DNA of 36,152 bases from an uncultured bacterium (GTDB lineage: Bacteria; Bacteroidota; Bacteroidia; NS11-12g; UBA9320): contig CBDUMX010000001.1 in assembly GCA_965368435.1 (NCBI GenBank), positions 1 through 36,152 on the forward strand, written 5' to 3'. The notes under the pieces were generated by a model. It saw nothing but the letters and a program-made list of their open reading frames with translations. It did not search any database and had not been told where the DNA came from. The translations under genes and the position numbers were made by a program. Of this stretch, positions 1 through 10,178 are shown in pieces (the stretch's first letter is position 1; the number at the start of each line of letters is the position of its first letter).

Positions 1-777
<777 letters not shown>

Positions 778-804
<27 letters not shown>

Positions 805-2445
805 TTCCTTTCTTTTCTAATTGGAGCCAAAGCTAAATACAAAGCGCGGTTAGAAATAAACAGCTTTTTGATAGTTATTAACAGTATAATACTGTTGATT
901 TCTTGCCAAAACAGTGAAGATTACAGCGATAAAAAGGTCTTCAGATACAATTCAGCCAATGGCATAAGCTCATTAGATCCTGCTTTTGCGCGAACTCAAG
1001 AAAACATACGCGCTGTAAATCAGTTGTTTAACGGCTTAGTTCAATTAAATGAAAATTTAGAAATTGAAGCTTCCCTTGCTAAATCTTGGTCGATTTCTGA
1101 GGATGGCAAATTGTATACTTTTAAGCTCAGAAATGATGTACTTTTCCACAAACACCCCTTATTTAAGTCTGAAGAAAGTAGAAAGCTTAAGGCAAGCGAT
1201 TTTGAATATAGTTTTAACAGAATCATTGATCCTAGCATAGCTTCTGATGGTGCATGGATTTTCAATGGCATTGTCGACAGCACTGATGCGTTCAAAGCAC
1301 TAAACGACAGTGTATTTCAAATAAAACTAAGAAAACCCTTTGCGCCATTTCTCAATATGTTGAGTATGGCATACTGCTTTGTGGTTCCTGAATTAATCGC
1401 AGAATTTCAAGCAGAAGAGTTTGGCAAACACCCAGTTGGTACGGGTCCCTTTTTATTCGCAAATTGGGAAGAAGGCATTAAACTTAACTTTATAAAAAAT
1501 CAAGAATATTTTGAATCGAGTCCAGATCGGGAAATACCAATTATCGATGCTGTGTCCATTTCATTTGTTCAAAGCAAACAAACAGCATTATTACAGTTAG
1601 TTCAGAATCAACTTGACATTTTCACTGGTCTAGAAAGTTCATTTAAAGACGAAATTTTAAGTGCTAAGGGTGAGTTAAACCCAAAGTACAGTGCAAACTT
1701 TGAGCTGCTAAAGGTACCATTCCTTAATACAGAATATCTAGCTTTTAACGTTGAAGACCCCAAATCTCCATTTCTTGATCCCAATTTAAGATTAGCTATT
1801 AATTATGCTATTAACAGAGAAGATATGGTTACTTATCTCCGCAATGGTGTTGGCATAGCTGCCAATGGTGGGTTTACACCCAAAGGCTTGCCTTCTCATT
1901 TAAAAAGCACTGGTATCTTAGCTGATGTAGATAAAGCGAAGAGCTATTTATCTAAAGTTCAAAACCTTCCGAATAAACTCATTTTAACAACTACTAAAGA
2001 CTATTTAGACCTATGCGTTTTAGTTCAGAAGGACCTAAAGGCTATTGGGCTAAACATCCAAATTGATGTAGTTCCTTCAAGTTTATTAAAGCAACAAAAA
2101 TCTGCCGGCGAAGTATTTTTCTTTAGATCCAGTTGGATTGCAGATTATCCCGACGGTGAAAACTACATGGCTTGTTTCTATTCCAAAAACAAAGCACCCA
2201 ATGGCCCCAATTACACGCGTTTTCATCACGAGGAATTTGACCGCTTATATGAAGAATTAATTCAAAGTATCAATGCAGATGAAAAGATTAATCTGATACA
2301 AGAGATGGAGCAAATTCTTGCCAAAGAATTGCCTTATGTACTGCTTTTCTACGATGAAAGTATTTGGATTAAACCCAAGAACCTAATAGGCATCAAAGTA
2401 AACCCCTTAAATCACCTAGATTTACGTCGTGCTGATTTACTGTAG
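778..2445 (+). CDS. Family-5 (peptide/nickel type) ABC substrate-binding lipoprotein, orphan (no permease or ATPase nearby)
   Basis: About 555 aa of SBP_bac_5-like sequence (FRYNSANGISSLDPA..., WIADYPDGENY). Lipobox LLISC. The start is ambiguous: TTG 760, ATG 778, ATT 820 or TTG 868 are all in frame, and the first two overlap the divergent gene ending at 804. Confidence 0.8.
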
Positions 2446-5400
2446 CACTATTCTGCGGTTTTGCTGTTGTCCGTCTATTTGAATTTGGATTATATATACT
2501 CCTTTACTTAGCTCAGTCAAATCTAATCTCTCTCTGAATTCTGTGCCACTCTTATAGGCATTATGCTCTAAGACTATCTTAGATTGAGCATCTATTATCC
2601 TAAACTTAAGGTCTCCAACTAAATTATTTTTCATCAGTACAAATAATTCAGTTGTGGCGGGGCTTGGATACAAACTGAGTTCTGTCCAAGAATCTGCATC
2701 AGCAACGTAACCGATTGGAATATCTATAGTTATGGTAATAGAACTATCCACGCTGCCGCAACCATTGATTGCAGATAGTGTAATAGTGTAATTGCCACTT
2801 GTATCGTATAGGTGATAAGGGTCGAACTCATTGGAAGTGTCGCCATCACCAAAATCCCAATGGTAGCGGTTTGCATCGACGGAAGTGTTAGTCAACTGTA
2901 CCGAATCCACATCTACAAAAGCAGTAAAACCAACTTCGGGTAATGGATTAACAGTGACTTTTATATCTTCATCATCACTACATCCATCGAATGAAGCTAC
3001 ATTAACGGTAATTGTGGTGGTTTCAGTTAGCGAAGTTGTTATTGAAGCTCCTGTTTGTCCAGTACTCCAAGTATAAATATCTCCACCACTTGCATTTAAA
3101 GTGAAGTCTTCACCTTCACAAACAGTGGTATCATTACTAGCAACTGCGAATGGCGGGCTAAATACAGCCACATTAACAGTATCAAAAGCTGTACAGCCGT
3201 TGGCATTATAAGCTTCTACAAAGTATTTAGCTGCTTTAAGTACCCTAATTGGATAAACTGTGCTAGCGGGTCCATCTTTCCATTTAATTGAATCTGCTCC
3301 AGTGGCACTTAGATATAAACTGTCTCTAAAGCAAGCTCCGGTATCAGCAGACACCACCAATTGTGGAGATTGCAATCCAGTTACCACTACAGAGTCTTCA
3401 ATTGAGCATCCAACAGCGTTAGTGCCAACAACTTTATAGGTAGCTGAATTATCCACTACAAAGGAATAATCAGCCGTATTAGGTCCATTTAACCATTGGT
3501 AGCTATTTGCTCCACTTGCAGATATGGTTAAAGGGTTTCCTGTACATAATGTGGTATCAGCGCTCACTTGCATTGCGATCTCACTACTTCCAACTTCAAT
3601 ATCAAATGTTCTGCGACATCCATTGGTAGAATCAACTATGGCATAAAAGAGAGTGTCACTATTTACAGTAACCGTGAAATCAGCGTTTGTAGGTCCACTT
3701 ACCCAGCGGTAGCTATTATTAGTGTTAACTTGAAGGGTAAGCATATCTCCTTTGCATACTGTAGTATCTGCAGTAACCGTTGCTGTTGGTCCTTTTTCAA
3801 CTGTTATATATTTTGTAGCTGAGCTGCTAAAACCACATGCGTTAGTACCAACTACACTGATATTCATTGATGTGTCAAATGTTGCAAAACCTACTGCTGC
3901 GTTTTGATTGGCAAAAACATTGCTTGGACTCCATTGATATGTTTTAGCACCACTGGCTTGTATGCTAGTCTGTACTCCTTGACATATGGCGTTTGAACTA
4001 GTTGAAATTTGAACATTGGGATAAATTGTTTTTCCGAAGTTTAAACGCACATGATATCCTACTTCAAATCCAGCGGTCTCTAAGCTAGTCCAGGTTGCAC
4101 CAGTTGCGCTATAGAAAGCTGTATTAGGCTTGAAGCTTCTAAACGAACCAGCAAATCCTATGTGGTTGATGTCCATTTGTTCAAGAACAATAAAATATAG
4201 ACCTGGCGATAAGACTTGCTCACAATTCAGCCTAGCGGTATACCAATTGGTAATAGAGTCTATCATTACCGCCTTGGTAGTTGATAAGAGTGTTCCAGGT
4301 CCAGCATTGTATTCATAAACATAAATTCTGACTGAATCTCCTGTGTTAGTTCTATTCACATTAAAGCTCACCGAGGTTAGGGTATCCATATATCTCACTT
4401 CAACAACTTGACCTTGAAAGCCTGTGGCACCATTATAACCAATCCTCATATTAGCAACTCCATCATCCATTGCCAATACGCTGTCTGACACTTCAAACGA
4501 AACGTAGGCAGTATCGTTAAAACTAAAAGAATCAGATTCATTAGTAGAGACCACAAATTGCATGTTTTTCACACCTAGACTTGGCCAAAACGATTTATTT
4601 GTAGTTCCACTTGCTGTATCATAGGAAGCAATGTTGCCAATATTAATATCTTCGCTATACGAGCCTTCAGAAACTTCAACATTTACACCTGAGATACCCA
4701 ACAGTCCTTCATTTTTCATCTTGGCCTTAAAGCTAATAGAGTCACGTTGGCTCAGAGGGATAATTGTAAATTCGTCAGATATATAATCAACAGCGCTAAA
4801 TAGTGCATCATATCTAGGTGGGGTGAATTGTTCTACTCGAGCATAGTCTATAGCAATATCACTTACACCTGTGCCCTTTATTCTACCTCTGATTCTAATT
4901 TGTACTTCTGAAGTGTTATATGCTGCTAAATTAACAGTTATATCGTGCCAATCTTCTCCCCAATCGCCATCGTGAACCCACACATCATTATGCCATACAT
5001 TACTGTCTCTTACATCTATATGTAATGAGCCAACACCGTCGCCATTCATATTCACTGCAAGCAAGAATCTATAAAAAGTATCCACTGCACTAAAGTCAAA
5101 TTCTGGACTTAATAGACTGTATTCAGAATTAGTACATCCCGCTGTACTTCCTTCAATGTATAAATAAATCCCAGAACTAGTACCAGGGTAGAAATCCGTT
5201 CCATCTCCAACACCAGAGGTGCTATCTGTAGCTCCTGGGCCAGTACCTATTGATGGAGTTCCGTCATTATCAGCTAGCCAGTCTCCATCATCTGATGCAG
5301 ATTGGGTCCAATTGTCAACACTCATACCAGTGCTCACACAGCTACCTGTATTTTGGATAGTGGTAAAGGATTCAAAGTCATAAGAATAGGGAAATGAATT

Positions 5401-5475
5401 TACTTGGGCGTGAGCAACTACTAACGAAAGAAGGGTTGACATGCACACCAATGATAGGCGTATTAGTTTTGTCAT
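2437..5475 (-). CDS. Large T9SS-secreted adhesin-like protein: signal peptide, MAM domain, unknown beta-rich region, five Cys-bracketed Ig-like repeats, PKD domain, T9SS C-terminal sorting domain
   Basis: 1012 aa. Signal peptide ends in AHA-Q. MAM-like region at res ~27-216 (DFE..NW.Q...DDGDW...LLSPEFDF...IAIDY). PKD signature YHWDFGDGDTS...Y.ITL. C-terminal ~80 aa (LSLYPSPATTELFV...KGVYIIQIQ) match the T9SS CTD pattern. Confidence 0.88.
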   Translation of the reverse strand: MTKLIRLSLVCMSTLLSLVVAHAQVNSFPYSYDFESFTTIQNTGSCVSTGMSVDNWTQSASDDGDWLADNDGTPSIGTGPGATDSTSGVGDGTDFYPGTSSGIYLYIEGSTAGCTNSEYSLLSPEFDFSAVDTFYRFLLAVNMNGDGVGSLHIDVRDSNVWHNDVWVHDGDWGEDWHDITVNLAAYNTSEVQIRIRGRIKGTGVSDIAIDYARVEQFTPPRYDALFSAVDYISDEFTIIPLSQRDSISFKAKMKNEGLLGISGVNVEVSEGSYSEDINIGNIASYDTASGTTNKSFWPSLGVKNMQFVVSTNESDSFSFNDTAYVSFEVSDSVLAMDDGVANMRIGYNGATGFQGQVVEVRYMDTLTSVSFNVNRTNTGDSVRIYVYEYNAGPGTLLSTTKAVMIDSITNWYTARLNCEQVLSPGLYFIVLEQMDINHIGFAGSFRSFKPNTAFYSATGATWTSLETAGFEVGYHVRLNFGKTIYPNVQISTSSNAICQGVQTSIQASGAKTYQWSPSNVFANQNAAVGFATFDTSMNISVVGTNACGFSSSATKYITVEKGPTATVTADTTVCKGDMLTLQVNTNNSYRWVSGPTNADFTVTVNSDTLFYAIVDSTNGCRRTFDIEVGSSEIAMQVSADTTLCTGNPLTISASGANSYQWLNGPNTADYSFVVDNSATYKVVGTNAVGCSIEDSVVVTGLQSPQLVVSADTGACFRDSLYLSATGADSIKWKDGPASTVYPIRVLKAAKYFVEAYNANGCTAFDTVNVAVFSPPFAVASNDTTVCEGEDFTLNASGGDIYTWSTGQTGASITTSLTETTTITVNVASFDGCSDDEDIKVTVNPLPEVGFTAFVDVDSVQLTNTSVDANRYHWDFGDGDTSNEFDPYHLYDTSGNYTITLSAINGCGSVDSSITITIDIPIGYVADADSWTELSLYPSPATTELFVLMKNNLVGDLKFRIIDAQSKIVLEHNAYKSGTEFRERLDLTELSKGVYIIQIQIDGQQQNRRIVLQ
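2941..4014 (-). repeat. Five tandem, diverged ~70-80 aa protein repeats inside the adhesin, each with pattern C.G....L.ASGA.sY.W..Gp.......V......Y.V.g.N..GC
   Basis: Repeat units start near res 498 (ICQG), 574 (VCKG), 644 (LCTG), 715 (ACFRD) and 786 (VCEG). Each ends in NACG, NGC, VGC or DGC. The similarity is visible at protein level only. Confidence 0.6.
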
Positions 5476-5589
5476 AAATAAGGCTTAATTGCCCTACTAA
5501 TTTAGCGAATTATTTAAAATTCACAATTTATATTTACGATAAGAATGCCTGCGTAGTTAGGCTAATTGCATTTAATGCGGGTATAGGAG

Positions 5590-6132
5590 CTAACCAGCTT
5601 TGAGGTTACCGCTCTTTTTTGGTCCACCTTTAGCTTTGGTCTGAACCTTTGGAGCTGCCTTAGGTGTGGCTGGTTTTTTAGGTGCCGCAGATGCTTTACT
5701 TGCAGATTCTGTAGCTCCTTCTTCATTCTCCTCAATCAATTTGTTAAAATCAACCTTGTCTTTCAATATTTCATACCAACTCACCAATTTGATTATATCA
5801 GATTTATATACTTGATCCTCATCGAAATTTTCTAATACTTGTCTAAAGAATGTCTCAATTTCATCGCCGCTGTTCTTTTTAGAAATCAACGCTAAACCCT
5901 CTCCCACCTTGCTGTGTAAGCTTTTCAATACATCTGCAAGTTTCTCATCTCCATCATAAGTATACATAGAAATATCGCTTAAGAAAGATACTTTTTGACT
6001 CATAGAAGTTGGAAATCGCTTTCCATCGCCGTTAAGACTTTCAACAATAAGACCCGTTGTTCTTCTTCCAACAACTTTATGTAAACCTGGTTTCCCTGAA
6101 ACCGAAACAATATCTGATAAGTACAATGCCAT
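5590..6132 (-). CDS. DUF5606-family protein with lysine/alanine/proline-rich basic C-terminal tail
   Basis: 180 aa. The N-terminus IVSVSGKPGLHKVVGRRTTGLIVESL matches the conserved ISGKPGLYKL core recalled for Bacteroidetes DUF5606 proteins. The tail reads AAPKKPATPKAAPKVQTKAKGGPKK. Confidence 0.75.
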   Translation of the reverse strand: MALYLSDIVSVSGKPGLHKVVGRRTTGLIVESLNGDGKRFPTSMSQKVSFLSDISMYTYDGDEKLADVLKSLHSKVGEGLALISKKNSGDEIETFFRQVLENFDEDQVYKSDIIKLVSWYEILKDKVDFNKLIEENEEGATESASKASAAPKKPATPKAAPKVQTKAKGGPKKSGNLKAG

Positions 6133-6311
6133 ATAAATCTGCTGCGAAAATATTCTTTTTTTGAAAAAAGGCTCTTAAAGGCTTGCAAAAGGAAGCTAAA
6201 TATTCCTTTTGTAAACTCAAATGACGATTTTATGAACTATGTATAAAACATTTTCTCAAATCTGCCGTTATCTCAGTGGGTAAATTTGATTTAATTGGTT
6301 AGTTAGTTGGT

Positions 6312-6341
6312 AAAACGGTCAACATTTTTGTTGGCCGTTTT
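6312..6341 (-). terminator. Intrinsic terminator hairpin just downstream of kdsA
   Basis: AAAACGGTCAACA-TTTT-TGTTGGCCGTTTT: 13-nt arms with one mismatch (a G-U wobble on the plus strand), 4-nt loop, flanked by A and T tracts. It starts 4 nt after the kdsA stop. Confidence 0.6.
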
Positions 6342-6344
6342 CTA

Positions 6345-7157
6345 TTATAAAGCTTCTCTAATTCTCAAGAGTTTAATAAGTAAGCTTTCCATTTGGTCCA
6401 ATGCCAGCATATTAGCTCCATCGCTCAAGGCTTCAGCTGGATTTGGGTGAGTCTCCATAAACAAGCCATTTACGCCGACAGCCACGGCAGCCTTTGCAAT
6501 AGGCTCAATAAGCTGTGGTATTCCGCCGGTAACACCACTTCCATTATTGGGTTGCTGTAATGCGTGTGTGCAGTCCATGATAACTGGATAATTGTATTCT
6601 TTCATCCAAACTAGATTTCTAAAATCAACTACCATATCTGAATAACCAAACATATTACCTCTTTCAGTAAGCATAATTTGGTTGTTTCCACATTCTCTCA
6701 CTTTCTCGGCTGCAAATTTCATAGCATCAGCAGACGCAAACTGTCCTTTCTTAATATTGACAACTTTATTGGTTTTTGCCGCAGCTTCCAGTAATTCTGT
6801 TTGTCTGAATAAAAATGCCGGAATTTGCAATACATCTACGAAATCTGCTGCTAAAGCTGCGTCCTTGCTTTCATGTATGTCGGTCACTACAGGGATCTCC
6901 AATTCAGCTCTAACTTTAGCCAGAATCTTAAGTGCTTTCTCATCTCCTATGCCACTAAATGAATTCGATTTGGTTCTATTTGCTTTTCTATATGAAGCCT
7001 TAAAAACGTAAGGAATGCCCAATCTATTCGTAAGTTCTTTTAGAAACTCTGCTGTTTGCAAAGTGATACTTTCATTTTCAACTACACAAGGCCCTGCCAG
7101 TAGAAAAAGGTCGTCATTGCTAAACAGTTTTTGTATACTTTGTGCGATTTTGCTCAT
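6345..7157 (-). CDS. kdsA: 3-deoxy-8-phosphooctulonate (KDO-8-P) synthase
   Basis: 270 aa. LLAGPCVVENE...PYVFKASYRKANRTK...IPVVTDIHE...LQIPAFLFRQTELL...VNIKKGQF are typical KdsA blocks. Confidence 0.92.
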   Translation of the reverse strand: MSKIAQSIQKLFSNDDLFLLAGPCVVENESITLQTAEFLKELTNRLGIPYVFKASYRKANRTKSNSFSGIGDEKALKILAKVRAELEIPVVTDIHESKDAALAADFVDVLQIPAFLFRQTELLEAAAKTNKVVNIKKGQFASADAMKFAAEKVRECGNNQIMLTERGNMFGYSDMVVDFRNLVWMKEYNYPVIMDCTHALQQPNNGSGVTGGIPQLIEPIAKAAVAVGVNGLFMETHPNPAEALSDGANMLALDQMESLLIKLLRIREAL

Positions 7158-7219
7158 TCTTTACGCTAAATTGATGCTAATAATGGCGACAAAGGTAACT
7201 GAAATCCGATATTTGAATA

Positions 7220-7807
7220 ATGCTTAAGTCTTTGACTACATACCTGCTCTTAATCTCATCATTGTTTACAATGGCGCAGGAACAGCATGCCTATATCAAG
7301 AACTTAGACGCACAAGCTTATGGAGATAGGTTGTTAGTCAGTTGGACAACCAAATCTGGCTTTAGCTGTCAGGATATAGTAGTTCAGTTGAGCGAAGACT
7401 CCTTAGTATTCCATGATAAAGCGACATACTTCGGCATTTGTGGAGACACCAATGAACGCAATTATTCCATTACCATAAATAATCCATTTTTAAATGCAGT
7501 CAATTTTGTTCGACTTGATTTGGGAAATTTTGGATACTCATATGTCATTAGCGAAGAAGTAATTTATATCAGTGCGGCTGAAATTGTTCCTATGCCAGTA
7601 CAAGAATCAAGTGTTTTATATTTTGAGAATCCACTTAGAGAAGAATTGACAATTAAATTTTATACTTTTCAAGGTGAATTAGCCTATAGCCATACTACGC
7701 GGACTGATAGGCATCCATTAAATGCGTTTCACGGAGCTAAAGGCCTCTACGTATACACTATCTCGAAATCGAACAGAATAATCTATCGCTCCAAATTTGT
7801 CTATTAG
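7220..7807 (+). CDS. Small secreted protein of unknown function with T9SS C-terminal sorting domain
   Basis: 195 aa. Signal peptide ends in FTMA-QE. The last ~70 aa (VLYFENPLREELTIKFYTFQGE...GLYVYTISK) fit the T9SS CTD pattern. Confidence 0.65.
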   Translation: MLKSLTTYLLLISSLFTMAQEQHAYIKNLDAQAYGDRLLVSWTTKSGFSCQDIVVQLSEDSLVFHDKATYFGICGDTNERNYSITINNPFLNAVNFVRLDLGNFGYSYVISEEVIYISAAEIVPMPVQESSVLYFENPLREELTIKFYTFQGELAYSHTTRTDRHPLNAFHGAKGLYVYTISKSNRIIYRSKFVY

Positions 7808-8574
7808 AGGAATTTGAGCAATTGTTCGTAATACTTTGCAGTATTAGTATTCTGGTTCCACAATACTTTTGCACCGTGGTCTCCGCCAAATGGAGGCTCA
7901 AAGAAAGTCAAGTAATTATCTGGGATTACCAAGGTAAGGTTTCTAACCATAGGCACCTCAGCTTTAGAGCAGGTCACAAAGATTGGTTTCTGATAGCCTG
8001 CAATTGCGGCTTTTATAGTGTTTTCTGAGCCAAAATAGACTCCCGGACTAAAAGCCACAACTTTCACCACATTAGGATCATCTCTACCTATCATCATAGC
8101 CAATGTGGCAGAGTATGAACTTCCCCATAAAATGACTTTTTTCTTTAGCTTGTTGCTAGCATACAGTATTGCAGCTTTAATATCCGCTTCCGAATCGGTA
8201 TATCGTGTTGGCAATCCAGCCTTCAATGCATTAACATTGGTTTCATTGGGAACATCCTTTACAAACTTACCCGAGCGCAAATCAACAGCTAAGCAATCAA
8301 AACCAGCTTCAACCAATTTGGGTGCTATGGTTAAATACGATGCCCTGCTGAAATTGGCTTGATGACATAGTATTATTACTTTATCAGCTCCTTCTGCAGG
8401 ATAATAATCGGCAACCACATCAAGTCCATCTTGAGCCTTAAAAGTCACCTTTACTTTCCCAAAGGAATCCAAAGTGCTTCTGTCAATACTATTCGTTGAT
8501 TTCTGGTTTTTGTCGGATTTAGTACAGGCAAAAAAGCCAAGGCTAAATACACTTATGTAAAAAAGGAGTCTCAT
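7804..8574 (-). CDS. Alpha/beta-fold hydrolase lipoprotein
   Basis: 256 aa. Lipobox GFFAC. Nucleophile-elbow-like LWGSSYSA. Layout resembles dienelactone-hydrolase or peptidase S9 type proteins. Confidence 0.7.
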   Translation of the reverse strand: MRLLFYISVFSLGFFACTKSDKNQKSTNSIDRSTLDSFGKVKVTFKAQDGLDVVADYYPAEGADKVIILCHQANFSRASYLTIAPKLVEAGFDCLAVDLRSGKFVKDVPNETNVNALKAGLPTRYTDSEADIKAAILYASNKLKKKVILWGSSYSATLAMMIGRDDPNVVKVVAFSPGVYFGSENTIKAAIAGYQKPIFVTCSKAEVPMVRNLTLVIPDNYLTFFEPPFGGDHGAKVLWNQNTNTAKYYEQLLKFL

Positions 8575-8626
8575 CAGCGTTCAAAAATGTTTTATTTTTC
8601 TAACATTGCAAAAGAAATAAGAGCTT

Positions 8627-9427
8627 ATGGCAAATAATTTATTAAAAGGGAAAAAAGGAATAATTACTGGCGCTTTGGACAGTAAGTCTATAGCCTGGAA
8701 AGTTGCTGAAAAATGTGTAGAGCAAGGTGCTGAAATTGTACTTTCAAACGCTCCAGTGGCATTGAGAATGGGAACTATAAATGAGCTTGCAGAAAAAACC
8801 AATGCTCAAGTAATTTCTTGCGATGTAACTAACAATGACGATGTATTAAGTCTTATTGATCAGTCCATGGAAATTTTTGGTGGCAAATTCGACTTTATGT
8901 TACACTCTATTGGGATGAGTTTAAATGTGCGAAAAGGCAGAGAGTATACCAATTTAAATTACGATTGGACTCAAAAAACATACGATATTTCAGCAGTATC
9001 ATTTCATAAAATGTTGCAAGCATGTTATCAAAAAGATGCACTTAATGAATGGGGATCAGCGCTTGGACTTACATATATAGCAGCACAACGCGTATTTCCT
9101 GATTATAATGAAATGGCAGAATCTAAGGCTTTACTTGAAAGTATTGCCCGCAGTTTTGGTTTTCACTACGGCAAATACCGCAAGGTGCGAGTGAACACTA
9201 TTTCTCAATCACCTACTATTACCACTGCAGGTAGCGGAGTTAAAGGCTTCGATGATTTTGTAAGTTATGCGGAAAAAATGTCGCCTCTAGGAAATGCAGA
9301 TGCAGAAGCCTGCGCAGACTACTGTATTAGCATGTTTTCAGATTTAACCAAAATGGTGACTATGCAAAATCTCTTCCACGATGGAGGCTTCTCTTATACG
9401 GGCGTTAGCAACGAAGTATTGAGATAA
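8627..9427 (+). CDS. fabI: Enoyl-[acyl-carrier-protein] reductase (NADH), FabI type
   Basis: 266 aa. N-terminus LLKGKKGIITGALDSKSIAW. Catalytic Y-x6-K (PDYNEMAESK). C-terminal FHDGGF. Confidence 0.9.
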   Translation: MANNLLKGKKGIITGALDSKSIAWKVAEKCVEQGAEIVLSNAPVALRMGTINELAEKTNAQVISCDVTNNDDVLSLIDQSMEIFGGKFDFMLHSIGMSLNVRKGREYTNLNYDWTQKTYDISAVSFHKMLQACYQKDALNEWGSALGLTYIAAQRVFPDYNEMAESKALLESIARSFGFHYGKYRKVRVNTISQSPTITTAGSGVKGFDDFVSYAEKMSPLGNADAEACADYCISMFSDLTKMVTMQNLFHDGGFSYTGVSNEVLR

Positions 9428-9431
9428 GCTC

Positions 9432-10178
9432 ATGGAAAATGTGCTAATCGTCGGTTACCCTAAGAGCGGCACAACCTGGGCAACTTTGCTGGTAGCAGAA
9501 CTGCTGCAAGCACCTGTACTTGGATATTGGAATTCTAAACATCCTGAATTAGCAACTAGCAATACGAACCGACAAAGTCAATTTGCTTGTTATAAAAGTC
9601 ACGCAGATTATTCCATTCTTAAAGCCGATAAAGAAGTTTCACATATTGTTTATATAGTCCGAGATCCTCGATCAGTGGTGGAAAGTGTTAAACATTATTT
9701 CTATCCTCCTCCCTTAAAATCCAAGAGCATTCTTGCTAAAATTTACAATAAAACTCATTGGTTGCTTATCGGGAGAAGCAAAATGGAAAAGGCGGCCTGT
9801 AAAGCTGTGCTGCACGGCAATGCCGAACTAAACTTAAATCTAGGATTGAGTTGGAACAAACATTACCAGCCTTTTATGGCCGACAATGAAATATTGTTTA
9901 TTCGATATGAGGATTTGAACTTAGATCCGATAGCAACAATGCAGAGTATTTCTTCATTTTTTGATGTTGAAACGGAAAAAGAAAATTTAAAAGAAATCAT
10001 GCAAAAGTTCTCCTTCAATGCAATGAAACAAGAATTTAAATCTCAAAAAAACACAGAAGGCGAATACCTCATGAGGTCAGGAAAGGTAGACTCCTGGCGC
10101 AATAAGCTAAATGAAAGAAATTTAAAGGAAATTGAGCTTTGCCTAAAAGATGATCTTAACACTATAGGCTATACCTAA
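9432..10178 (+). CDS. Sulfotransferase, cytosolic SULT-like (Sulfotransfer_1 type)
   Basis: 248 aa. 5'-PSB loop PKSGTTW, KSH (candidate catalytic His), 3'-PB motif VRDPRSVV, C-terminal MRSGKVDSWRNKL (RKGxxGDWKN-like). Starts 4 nt after the fabI stop. Confidence 0.8.
   Translation: MENVLIVGYPKSGTTWATLLVAELLQAPVLGYWNSKHPELATSNTNRQSQFACYKSHADYSILKADKEVSHIVYIVRDPRSVVESVKHYFYPPPLKSKSILAKIYNKTHWLLIGRSKMEKAACKAVLHGNAELNLNLGLSWNKHYQPFMADNEILFIRYEDLNLDPIATMQSISSFFDVETEKENLKEIMQKFSFNAMKQEFKSQKNTEGEYLMRSGKVDSWRNKLNERNLKEIELCLKDDLNTIGYT

Noticed and set aside
6682-7011. 109-aa plus-strand ORF
   Set aside because: It lies entirely antisense to the well-supported kdsA gene and has a low-complexity Ala/Ser/Leu-rich translation. 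It is a shadow ORF.
8586-8607. AATGTT-N10-AACATT inverted repeat upstream of fabI as a possible fatty-acid regulator site
   Set aside because: The arms are only 6 bp in very AT-rich DNA, which is expected by chance. I do not recognise it as a known operator consensus.
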